Of a stretch of DNA of 64,000 nucleotides, positions 20,417-29,867 are shown in pieces (position 1 is the first letter of the stretch; each line of letters starts with the position of its first letter). The position numbers and the translations under genes were made by a program. The notes beneath the pieces were generated by a model that saw nothing but the letters and a program-made list of their open reading frames with translations, ran no database searches and was not told where the DNA came from. This DNA is from an uncultured Spirochaetota bacterium (lineage in GTDB: Bacteria > Spirochaetota > Brevinematia > Brevinematales > JAOACQ01), in assembly GCA_963768055.1 (NCBI GenBank), contig CAVYGN010000001.1, forward strand, positions 1,312,001 through 1,376,000, in the 5' to 3' direction.

Positions 20417-21016
20417 GTGGGGTACAATTTGAGCAGGAAAAAAAGAGTCTCTAAAAAGAGCGGCAAGCGGCTGCGTTGGCGAGCTTTAGATAAAAATCTA
20501 ATCCATTATTTATCTAAACGAAGGTACCGGTTTTTAACCTCTTTTATGAGGTTAATCAGCCATATAGGGGACGGTTTCGCCTGGTTTTTCCTTTGTATAT
20601 TATTTATGATCATCGGCTTCCTTCAGGAAGGAGAATTCACTACAAGCGGCGAAGTATCCACAGGGATTTCTATTTTGTTCGGTTTATTGATACAGGGAAT
20701 TCTGCAAATGATCGTCAAGAGAATTTTCAACAGGCAAAGGCCTTATGTAAAACATGACGACATATCAAAAGCAATAAAACCTCCGGATAGATTTTCCTTT
20801 CCCTCCGGCCATACAGCGGGGGCATTCACCGTTTCCTTTGTCCTTTATTACTATCACCCGTTCATCTCCATCCCTTTTTTCATTCTTTCAGGCCTGATTG
20901 CTTTTTCAAGGATGTACCTGGGGGTCCATTATCTTTCGGATATTCTCGCCGGTATAGTCCTTGGTTTTATCAGTTCAAGTCTTGGAATATATTTATCTCT
21001 TCTTATCAGCACCTGA
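20417..21016 (+). CDS. PAP2-family phosphatase
   Basis: KRIFNRQRP, SFPSGH, SRMYLGVHYLSD. Confidence 0.92.
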   Translation: MGYNLSRKKRVSKKSGKRLRWRALDKNLIHYLSKRRYRFLTSFMRLISHIGDGFAWFFLCILFMIIGFLQEGEFTTSGEVSTGISILFGLLIQGILQMIVKRIFNRQRPYVKHDDISKAIKPPDRFSFPSGHTAGAFTVSFVLYYYHPFISIPFFILSGLIAFSRMYLGVHYLSDILAGIVLGFISSSLGIYLSLLIST

Positions 21017-21030
21017 ATAGGGGTTCTTAG

Positions 21031-22722
21031 ATGATTGATTATTCAAAACTCGAATCTATTGAGGATAGCCGCCTTATCAGGACAAGGGACAATATGTTTA
21101 CAATGCAGCTTCGCGGCCGTTATATTCACAGTTATTATACCTGCAGAAAGGAGGCCGCCAGGCTTGTCGAAGATATTCTACTTCTAGACAGAAAAAATAC
21201 CCTGGTCATTTTTTTTGGCGCCGGCTTGGGATATCAGGTAGATATCCTTGAAAAAGAGGGGTTTGACAACTTAATCATAATAGAAAGGGAAAAAGAGATC
21301 TATTCTATCTTCAATAAGATATATAAACCCGGTGAAAATTCCTTTGTTATATCTCCTGATGATGACCCATCCAGGCTGGACACCATTTTTACAATGCTTG
21401 AAATAGAAAATTTGAAAAATATTAAAACGGTTATACTCCGCGGGGCTTTTAATAAAGAATTATACCAGCCTTTTGAAGACAGGATTGAGAGATTGATGCG
21501 GGTCAAGCTTGGAGATTTTTCAACAAGACTGAAATTTGAAGAGATATGGCTTATCAATATAATAAAAAATATCAATAATTTAAAGTATTCGGGTTTCATC
21601 AGGCAGTTATTCGGCAGGGCCGGCAATATGCCGGTACTTGTCGTATCGGCGGGCCCCTCGCTTAAATCATCCCTTTGTGAAATTAATAAAATATCAGGCA
21701 GGTGTATTCTGATCGCTGTTGATACCGCTGTTTTACCCCTATTCGAATCCGGTATTATACCGGATTTCATCTATTCTCTTGACTCTCAAGTCCATAATTT
21801 AAATGATTTTTCAATGATAGGTCTTGATTATTTGAAGAGGACCAGGCTTATATACGATATAGTTGTTAATCCTGAACTTCCATATTATTTCAGGAAGCTG
21901 GCCACAGCCGGTCAAATTAATATGTTTGCCGCCAATACGGCCCACCTTGATTTTGATTTTAATGGTAATTCATACCTTATAAAGAACGAATTTGCCAGCT
22001 GGATCGAAACAGCAGGTTCCCTGCGGATCGGGGACATTGAAACCGGGGGATCGGTATCTACTTCGGCTTTTTACTTCGCTTATCAATTGGGCGGCAATCC
22101 CATTATTCTTTCCGGTCAGGACCTAGCCTATTCTTACATGTGCTCCCATTCGGTTTCAACATCTCATTTTTATAAAATCATCATGAACAGCTCACGCCTG
22201 AAGAGCATTCAGAGTATTTTTATCGATATACTTCTTTCACGACGATATGTCAAGGTACTTCCAGGACTTTTTTCCGATTTTGTATTACAGAATTTCAGAG
22301 GCTGGTTCGAGGAATCCGCAAAGAGCGTAATTAAATTCAACCCGGAAATTTCTCTTATCAATTCCAGTGCTTATGGCTCGCCGATTAAAAATTTTCATAA
22401 CATCAGCCTTTCGGAATTATTTAATAAAAAAGATTATCCCGTCCTTGATAAAGAAAAACAATTCGGCGACTTGTTGATAGAACCGAATAAAATTGATAAA
22501 ATTATATCGCGCCTGGTTCCGCTCTATGATTACATGAAATCTCTCAAGGCGGACCCGGACATATTTAAAATAATAAAAGATTCGGAATGGAAATTTATAA
22601 GTAAATTTTTTATGAGAGAAAACATGATTTATGAAAGATACGGTAATTTTGATCTTGATAATACCGAGCGAAAATTGTATAGATTTATAAAAGCGATAGA
22701 GGGCATTAATTATGGTAAATGA
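21031..22722 (+). CDS. Motility accessory factor (Maf)/DUF115 family protein
   Basis: FFGAGLGY, VVSAGPSL, IAVDTA, PDF, GGSVST, NPIILSGQDLAY. Confidence 0.8.
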   Translation: MIDYSKLESIEDSRLIRTRDNMFTMQLRGRYIHSYYTCRKEAARLVEDILLLDRKNTLVIFFGAGLGYQVDILEKEGFDNLIIIEREKEIYSIFNKIYKPGENSFVISPDDDPSRLDTIFTMLEIENLKNIKTVILRGAFNKELYQPFEDRIERLMRVKLGDFSTRLKFEEIWLINIIKNINNLKYSGFIRQLFGRAGNMPVLVVSAGPSLKSSLCEINKISGRCILIAVDTAVLPLFESGIIPDFIYSLDSQVHNLNDFSMIGLDYLKRTRLIYDIVVNPELPYYFRKLATAGQINMFAANTAHLDFDFNGNSYLIKNEFASWIETAGSLRIGDIETGGSVSTSAFYFAYQLGGNPIILSGQDLAYSYMCSHSVSTSHFYKIIMNSSRLKSIQSIFIDILLSRRYVKVLPGLFSDFVLQNFRGWFEESAKSVIKFNPEISLINSSAYGSPIKNFHNISLSELFNKKDYPVLDKEKQFGDLLIEPNKIDKIISRLVPLYDYMKSLKADPDIFKIIKDSEWKFISKFFMRENMIYERYGNFDLDNTERKLYRFIKAIEGINYGK

Positions 22723-23419
22723 AAAGATAATGGATGAAATTGAAGAAAATATCTTTATAATATACGGTGAAAAACCAAGTTCTCATTCATATCTGATCAA
22801 GGGCTTGTATAAAAACGTACTTATCGATACGGGAACAAAAAATAATTTCAGCAGAATTGTGCAATCAGCGGCAAAGGTAGGCCTAAAGGCAAGCGATATT
22901 CATCTCGTGATCTGTACTCATGAGCATTATGATCACATCGGATGCATAAGTTTTTTCTATGAGACGGCCCTTCTTGCTGCTGACAGGTTCGCCGCTACAA
23001 AAATCGAACTTCAGGATGAATATGTGATCCATGCGGCTGTTCATGGCGAGGAAGCAATAAAGACACGTATTAATATATGGCTTGAAAACAGGATGTTGTT
23101 TGATTTCGGTAATTACAAACTCAAAGTGCTTCATACACCGGGGCATACTTCAGGCTGTATTTGTCTTTATGAACCCTTTCATCATTTAATGTTTACGGGC
23201 GATACGGTATTCAACGAGGGGGTGATTTCAAAAATATCGGACTCGGGAAGCTATGGAGATTACATAAATTCTCTTGAAAGGCTTAATACCTACAAGATTA
23301 AAAGGATATTTCCCGGCCATGGCAAAATCTCAAATAATCCCGGAAACTCGCTTCAGGAATCCATCAGGAACGCCAAAAAAAAACTCTCGGATTATACACA
23401 AAGCCTGGAGAATAAATAG
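22712..23419 (+). CDS. MBL-fold metallo-hydrolase
   Basis: LIDTG, THEHYDHIG, HTPGHT, FTGD, PGHG. Confidence 0.92.
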   Translation: MVNEKIMDEIEENIFIIYGEKPSSHSYLIKGLYKNVLIDTGTKNNFSRIVQSAAKVGLKASDIHLVICTHEHYDHIGCISFFYETALLAADRFAATKIELQDEYVIHAAVHGEEAIKTRINIWLENRMLFDFGNYKLKVLHTPGHTSGCICLYEPFHHLMFTGDTVFNEGVISKISDSGSYGDYINSLERLNTYKIKRIFPGHGKISNNPGNSLQESIRNAKKKLSDYTQSLENK

Positions 23420-23489
23420 ATTAGTAAATCATGGGGTCTCCTCCCCAATATTGCATAATTGACTGTTTTATGTTAATATTGAAGTCGGA

Positions 23490-24893
23490 ATGATTTTTAA
23501 ACGATTTAATGATTTTTTAGAGAAGATTACAGGCAATAAAAACGATTTTTCGCTTGAATGCAGACTTTTTCACTTTGTCGTAATATTTGGTATTTTTATA
23601 GCAGTAATTGCAAATATCAATCATATTATTCTGAAAAATCATATTATGTCTGTTATAGTTCCCTCTGTTTTTTCACTTGCCTCCCTCGGAATTTATTATT
23701 TATCACGCTTCAGGAATAAATATGCCCTTTCCTTATGGATATATTTATCGTTACTTTTATTCGTTATGGCACCCTTGCTCTGGTTCTATAACGGAGGATC
23801 CATAGGCGGTTTTCAACATTATATGTTCCTTTTCTTCATAGGAATATGTTCTCTTTTAAAGGGGAAGGCAAGGCTAGTGACACTGGCCATTTTCATTCTG
23901 TTATACGCTTCGCTTATTACGCTGGAATTTTACCATCCGGAATTAATATCAGGATTTAAATTAAGGTTTAACATCTTTTTCGATATAGCTTTCAGCATGG
24001 CATGGAGTATTATAACTGTTGTTATTTTATTTATGGTTTATAGAAATGCTTATGAACAGGAAAAAAATAAGGCCAGTGAATATTCCATCGAACTTGAAAA
24101 AGAAAAAAATGTTTTAAATGTTAAATTTGAAAGGATGAACATGGAGCTTGATATGGCAAGGTCCATTCAAAGGCAGTTCATCGAAGTCAAAAGAAATATC
24201 CCGTACATTGATTTTATTTATTACCCTATGGCGAAACTTGGGGGCGATTTTCTTCATTTTTTCCGCTTCAGGTATTCGGATGAAATCGGAATATTTATCA
24301 GCGATGTCTCAGGACATGGCGTCCCCGGTGCGCTTATAACCGGTATGATATATTCCCATCTGCTGGAAATCGCGCCAAGGATCAAAGATCCCGCCCAGAT
24401 CCTCTCTTCCCTGAACAATGTACTTATCGGCAATACGGGTAATAATTTCATTACGGCTATTTACGGTATTTATTATCCTATAAAAAGGGAGTTCGTTTAT
24501 TCTAATGCCGGCCATAATTCTCCTTATGTAATCGACGGCAAAAGTTGTCATTTGCTGGATGAATCCGGCCGTTCTCTTCCCCTTGCCGTAATGAGCAATT
24601 CCGAACTTGAGGATATCGGGAAATCATATTCGATATCGAGTGTAAAATTTAACAAGGATTCCAAGGTCCTCCTTTATACCGATGGTTTAACCGAAGCGGT
24701 TAATATAAATAAGAAGGATGCCCCGGGTGATTCGCAGAATTATGAAACCATTTACTTTCCGGATTTCCTTGTTCAAATATCGAAGACGACCCCCCAGGAG
24801 TTTTTATACTCTTTGATGGAAAACCTTAAAATATTCCGCGGCGGGGTTGAATTTGACGACGATATTTGCGCCGTATGCATGGACATAAGGTGA
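23490..24893 (+). CDS. Membrane sensor + SpoIIE/PP2C phosphatase (paralogue 1)
   Basis: Multi-TM N-terminus; MARSIQ, LGGDF, SDVSGHG, NAGH, YTDGL, DDIC. Confidence 0.9.
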   Translation: MIFKRFNDFLEKITGNKNDFSLECRLFHFVVIFGIFIAVIANINHIILKNHIMSVIVPSVFSLASLGIYYLSRFRNKYALSLWIYLSLLLFVMAPLLWFYNGGSIGGFQHYMFLFFIGICSLLKGKARLVTLAIFILLYASLITLEFYHPELISGFKLRFNIFFDIAFSMAWSIITVVILFMVYRNAYEQEKNKASEYSIELEKEKNVLNVKFERMNMELDMARSIQRQFIEVKRNIPYIDFIYYPMAKLGGDFLHFFRFRYSDEIGIFISDVSGHGVPGALITGMIYSHLLEIAPRIKDPAQILSSLNNVLIGNTGNNFITAIYGIYYPIKREFVYSNAGHNSPYVIDGKSCHLLDESGRSLPLAVMSNSELEDIGKSYSISSVKFNKDSKVLLYTDGLTEAVNINKKDAPGDSQNYETIYFPDFLVQISKTTPQEFLYSLMENLKIFRGGVEFDDDICAVCMDIR

Positions 24894-24901
24894 AAAAGAA
24901 A

Positions 24902-26305
24902 ATGTTTCGGAATATCATATTAAAATTATTCCAGGCAATTGCCGGAACTAAAGAGCGCTTTACTCTCGAACAAAGGCTGTTCCACGCTGTAATAGCCGCG
25001 GGGGTAATTTTAATACTGATTACAAATATAATCAATATCATAGTGGGCAATAATATCCTGACTACTATAATCCCTACGGCTTTCTCCATTGCGTCTGCCT
25101 TCTGTTATTATATCTCGCGTTTCAGGAATGAATATAAAATCTCCGTATTGCTGTTCCTGATATTGCTGCTTTTTATTATGACCCCCTTGCTCTGGTTCTC
25201 TCGCGGAGGTTCCGCAGGCGGTTTTCAATTTTTCATATTATTATTCAGCCTTGTCCTAAGTGCGATTACAAGGGGAAAAGCCGGAATTTATACTCTCATT
25301 CTTTATATCATAACAACGATAGTCATGCTTATGGTGGAATATTATCACCCCGAATTCGTAATTGGCTATGATTCTAGGTCGGACAGGTATTTCGATGTAG
25401 CCTCCGGCATGACTATATCCATGATTATGAGTGTGATATTGTTTATTGTCTATGTGAATGCTTACGACAGGGAAAAAAAGATGGCAGGGAAATACTCCGC
25501 CGAATTGGAAAAAGAAAGGAATTCCCTGAACGATAAATTTGAAACGATGAACCTGGAACTGAATATGGCAAGGTCCATTCAAAGGCAGTTCATAGGTATG
25601 AAGAAAAATATTCCTTATATCGATTATATTTATCATCCCATGGCCAAGCTCGGAGGTGATTTTCTTCATTTATTTACCTTCGGGAACACTGATGAAATCG
25701 GGATCTTCATCAGCGACGTTTCCGGGCATGGGGTGCCGGGCGCCCTTATAACCGGCATGATCTATTCCCATCTTCTTGAAATAACCCCCCGGACCAGGAA
25801 TCCGGCACAGGTACTTAAGTCGTTAAACGGCGTCCTGTTCGGAAATACCGGCGGCAATTTTATAACTGCTATCTATGGAATATATATCCCGTCAAAGCGG
25901 GAATTTGTATATTCGAATGCGGGGCATAACACTCCTTATATAGTAAAGGACAGAAGTTGCTTTTTCATGGAAGATAAGGGACGTTCTCTTCCTCTCGCTG
26001 TCCTCTCCAATTCCGACCTGGAAGACATGAAAAAGCCTTACCGTTTATCCAGCACAAAGCTTGACAGCGGAACTAAAATTCTGCTTTATACAGACGGCCT
26101 GACCGATACGGTTAATATCCATAGTACGGACTATAATTCGGGGCAGGAGGATTTTGAAAACACTTACCTTCCGGAAATTATCTCCGAACTGATACCGATG
26201 ACTCCCCAGGAATTCTTATATGCTCTGATGGAAAGGCTCAAGCTCTTCAGGGGAGGGGAGGAATTCGATGATGATATTTGTATGGTGTGTGTCGATATCA
26301 GGTGA
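24902..26305 (+). CDS. Membrane sensor + SpoIIE/PP2C phosphatase (paralogue 2)
   Basis: Same architecture and motifs as 23490-24893; GTG 24890 is an alternative start. Confidence 0.9.
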   Translation: MFRNIILKLFQAIAGTKERFTLEQRLFHAVIAAGVILILITNIINIIVGNNILTTIIPTAFSIASAFCYYISRFRNEYKISVLLFLILLLFIMTPLLWFSRGGSAGGFQFFILLFSLVLSAITRGKAGIYTLILYIITTIVMLMVEYYHPEFVIGYDSRSDRYFDVASGMTISMIMSVILFIVYVNAYDREKKMAGKYSAELEKERNSLNDKFETMNLELNMARSIQRQFIGMKKNIPYIDYIYHPMAKLGGDFLHLFTFGNTDEIGIFISDVSGHGVPGALITGMIYSHLLEITPRTRNPAQVLKSLNGVLFGNTGGNFITAIYGIYIPSKREFVYSNAGHNTPYIVKDRSCFFMEDKGRSLPLAVLSNSDLEDMKKPYRLSSTKLDSGTKILLYTDGLTDTVNIHSTDYNSGQEDFENTYLPEIISELIPMTPQEFLYALMERLKLFRGGEEFDDDICMVCVDIR

Positions 26306-26466
26306 TTTGCCTGGAAAGGATTGATGTATATTACATTATCAATTATATCAAGGTGTAAGATTATTCATAGTTATAATTTGATACTACATTCTAACCGTTT
26401 TATAATAATCAGACCTTATCTGATATTAAGGAAAAATTCCCTGTTATGATGGAATAGGCAAATAAT

Positions 26467-27888
26467 ATGTTCAGTGATCTGGTCAAAATTCAGGACGATC
26501 TTCTTATAGCATTTTCATCTATCATCGTCTTAATACTTGCAGGAATAATAATAATGACTCTTCGTAATCTTTTCCTGCACCAGTCCATCGAAAGATCGTT
26601 AATGTCAAAGTTGAAGGCTAAGAAGTATAATGAAGTGATTGACCTTGCAAGAGAGTTCATGAACAATAAAAAATCACGGGGGAAAAGGACGGGCCTGTTC
26701 GTTTTATATTATCTCGCCCAGGCTTACGAATCCATCGATTCCCTTAATAACGCGTTAAAATACTTTACCGAAGCTTCGCTTCAGGCGCCTAATTATAAAA
26801 AATTGTATTCATCCATCCTCCTCCATATGGCGAAACTTTCCTCCAGGCTTGGAAAGCATAAGGACTCTCTTGCTAATTATATGATGTTACTGGAGAAAGA
26901 CCCTGAAAATGTCGAAGCGATGTATGAAGTCGCCCTGGTCTATTACAGGAATAAAAGCCTTAAAAAAGCCAGGGAATGTCTTGAAAATGTACTGAAAAGG
27001 AGAAGCGGCATCATTGAGGCTAGAATTTTATACGGTAAAATATTATTCGATACCGGTATTTACCAGTCTGCCCTCAAACAGTTCAATCTTCTGGAGAAGT
27101 ATGATCCGGCCAACTATGAAATAATTTATTACAAGGCAAAATGTTTCGAGAATATGAAAAAATATACTGAGGCTATAAAGGCCTATCAATTCATTCTCGG
27201 ACATGAATGGAAGGGAGCTGTTTTGGACAGGGATACAAAGCCTCTTATTGAGGTAAGGGAACAATCCCAGATTTCAGTGATCAATCTTTACATAAAGATA
27301 AAAGATTATCATTCGGGAATTTATTATGTATCGGAATACCTTTCGCTTCCTTCATCCGAAGAAACAAAAACAGAGCTTATTTACCTTTACGCCAATCTGT
27401 TATGGAACACAGGCGAGGAATACCAGGCGTTGAAAAATTTCGAAAGGATATACATGATGAACGCCGGCTATAAGGATGTTGAAATCATGTACGAGCGTTA
27501 TAAAAAAATACTTCCTCATTCCTACCTGAAATCGTATTTCACCTCAAATGAAGGGGGTGAAGGCAAGGATTTCGATTCAGTATGCAAAAAGATCCTTTCA
27601 AGGCACATTTTCAAGCTGATGTACAGGCATATCGATTATTATATCTACGAGAAGGGGGTATTTTACGTTGTTTTTTACAGGCACATCGAACCTATCCCTT
27701 TCAGTAAGCTTACGGATATCGAAATAATGCTGAACAGTTTTCAGACAAAGCCGCAGAATATTGAAATTTATTCACTTTCCGGTATTATGGATGACGCTGT
27801 AACGCATTACCTGCTGAAAAATTCCCGATTGATCGAGGGTGAGGAGTTTATCGGCACTATAAAAAAAGTGACCCAGCAGGCAAAATAA
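26467..27888 (+). CDS. Membrane-anchored TPR protein
   Basis: N-terminal TM helix then multiple TPR-like repeats. Confidence 0.75.
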   Translation: MFSDLVKIQDDLLIAFSSIIVLILAGIIIMTLRNLFLHQSIERSLMSKLKAKKYNEVIDLAREFMNNKKSRGKRTGLFVLYYLAQAYESIDSLNNALKYFTEASLQAPNYKKLYSSILLHMAKLSSRLGKHKDSLANYMMLLEKDPENVEAMYEVALVYYRNKSLKKARECLENVLKRRSGIIEARILYGKILFDTGIYQSALKQFNLLEKYDPANYEIIYYKAKCFENMKKYTEAIKAYQFILGHEWKGAVLDRDTKPLIEVREQSQISVINLYIKIKDYHSGIYYVSEYLSLPSSEETKTELIYLYANLLWNTGEEYQALKNFERIYMMNAGYKDVEIMYERYKKILPHSYLKSYFTSNEGGEGKDFDSVCKKILSRHIFKLMYRHIDYYIYEKGVFYVVFYRHIEPIPFSKLTDIEIMLNSFQTKPQNIEIYSLSGIMDDAVTHYLLKNSRLIEGEEFIGTIKKVTQQAK

Positions 27889-27924
27889 TACGTCCATACA
27901 AAGCTTCAAACCGAATCGGATTGG

Positions 27925-28675
27925 AACCACAGATTCCACTGATGGCACAGATTAAAATTTTGGATGTTTCTGTGTAATCATAATCTAATTATTAATATCG
28001 AGTGTGAATTTTCACAAATATACAGTCACGGAGTTTTATTTATATATCAATCTTAATTAAGGGCCAGATAATGACTATCTCATCCGAATCTTAACAGCAA
28101 TTGGTCTTGGGAGTATTTTAGGAGCTTATTTTCAAAACAGATTCCAATATAAGAAAGAATTAAAAAAGAAGAATATGAATGGAAACACACAAGATATGGT
28201 GCTATAGTAATTCAAATGCTAACAATTCTACAGTTTGATAAACATGGAACAAGATTTACAAGAAAGCATCGCCAAGATTTGAATACTATTGAAGATTTTG
28301 TTGATGAACTTAAAACAGAACTTTTACACGGGATTATATTTGCGAATGACCAAGTAATAACCACTATATCTGAGTTTATTAAGAAAAAAGACTACAACTC
28401 TTATATAAAGGCCGTTATTGCTAAACGAAAAGATTTATGGGGTAAAAAAACAAAAATTACAGAAGAAATATTAAAAGATATAATCTGAATTATTTTGCTT
28501 TATCAAGTACATAGTTCCGCAATTTTATTAATGAATAATTTCTTCGAAACTCTCTGTGAATTTATTTCATTTTGTAAAAAATTCTTAGTGTTCTTTGTTA
28601 TGAGGACATAATTTCAGTTGTAATTTTATATGGATTTCACAGAAAACATCCGTGAAATCTGTGAAATCTGTGGTT
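27925..28675. mobile_element. AT-rich cassette B bounded by 9-mer-unit inverted ends
   Basis: Left AACCACAGATTCCACTGATGGCACAGATT, right ATCCGTGAAATCTGTGAAATCTGTGGTT; perfect 11-bp TIR. Confidence 0.65.
28071..28488 (+). pseudogene. Frameshifted single-TM hypothetical protein (cassette B cargo)
   Basis: Reconstructs as (M)DYLIRILTAIGLGSILGAYFQNRFQYKKELK/EEYEWKHTRYGAIVIQMLTIL...RKDLWGKK with shifts near the ATG and at the A6 run 28162-28167. Confidence 0.6.
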
Positions 28676-28795
28676 ACATTTATTTTTCAGATCCAAAATT
28701 CAATTGGGTTTCTATAATAAAAAGGATAGGCATTAAATTGAAATCCGATAATTTTTATAGTATACTTATTTTGAATAAACATTTCGGGGCTATAA

Positions 28796-29422
28796 ATGCG
28801 GCACCTGATTTTAATAATCCTTGGAGTAATGCTATTTGCCTGTTGCACACCGGCAAAAAAACCGGAAACAACAGTAACATATCAAAAACGCCTGCTGGTC
28901 GCTGTCGGCGATATACAGAATCAGACGGACGATACAAATTACGATTCCATCCTGGATCCTCTTACCGGGAGTTTTATAGATGCGCTGCAAAAAACCGGAT
29001 GTTTCCGGCTTGTCGAACGCCAGCGGCTAAAAAGCGTTTTGGAAGAATTGAAACTCGGAATGGCCGGATTGACCGATCCCTCGCAAAGCAAGGAGATTGG
29101 AAAACTCCTGGGAGTCGATGCGATCCTGTTAATAGATCTTACATCCGTCGTTTATGAAAATGACAAAAAAAGCGTAGGCAGCTTCATCGAACGCGGCAGC
29201 GAAACATTCAAGGTAATTTCGGATGCACGTCTTGTGGCAGTAGATACAGGAGAGATTTACGCTTCATCAAGCCATTCAGTCACATTGGAGAACTCATATG
29301 AAAAGGTCGGGAGTATTATGAACGGCCAGATGGCGGATAAGAAAGCCATGGTACAGGAAGCGATGCAGAAATCGGTTGAATTCCTGGCCCATGATATAAG
29401 CAGCCAGGTCCCTAGAAATTGA
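28796..29422 (+). CDS. CsgG/HfaB-family lipoprotein
   Basis: Lipoprotein signal LFACC; FRLVERQRLKSVLEEL, IGKLLGVDAIL, ARLVAVDTGEI. Confidence 0.85.
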   Translation: MRHLILIILGVMLFACCTPAKKPETTVTYQKRLLVAVGDIQNQTDDTNYDSILDPLTGSFIDALQKTGCFRLVERQRLKSVLEELKLGMAGLTDPSQSKEIGKLLGVDAILLIDLTSVVYENDKKSVGSFIERGSETFKVISDARLVAVDTGEIYASSSHSVTLENSYEKVGSIMNGQMADKKAMVQEAMQKSVEFLAHDISSQVPRN

Positions 29423-29730
29423 TACGTCAACTATTCGGAATTACAAGTATCGCTTAGCAGAATACCGAATTCATCCCCTCCGATACGCGAAATAATATCA
29501 TTTTCACGTACACTTTAATATCGCTTTTATCATTAGAGCACCTTCGATCCTACAATCAGCATAAAATGAGACAAAATAATAGTCAATAATAAAAAAACGG
29601 GAATTTAATTTATTAAAAAAATAAAAATTTGTAAAATGTTTGATTATTTATTAAATTAATTAAGGGTTTCAAGTACCCTGCAGGCGCAAACATATCTGCA
29701 GGCTACAATTTAGAATGCCGATAATATAAA

Positions 29731-29840
29731 GGGCGCTTCTAAAAACCTTCGGATAGGAAGCGCCCATAGGGCATGCATATAGAGTTAAGCAGAAGCATGT
29801 TATAACAAATGGTAATATTCTTGAGATATTAGAACTGCCC
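29731..29840. mobile_element. 110-bp MITE copy
   Basis: Inverted copy of 15203-15312; contains hairpin GGGCGCTTC...cTTCGg...GAAGCGCCC; ends 27 bp before the ATG at 29868. Confidence 0.85.
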
Positions 29841-29867
29841 TAAAGAATTTTATTATGGAATATAAAG

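Noticed and set aside
28630..29157. 175-aa ORF starting MDFTENIREICEICG
   Set aside because: Its start is a translation of the 9-mer repeat end and the rest overlaps the CsgG-like gene out of frame; spurious.
29663..29705. Possible c-di-GMP riboswitch upstream of the GGDEF-EAL gene (GCGCAAA inside a CCTGCAG hairpin)
   Set aside because: Lacks the GNRA-capped P2 stem and P1/P3 layout of the class I riboswitch; only a short palindrome.
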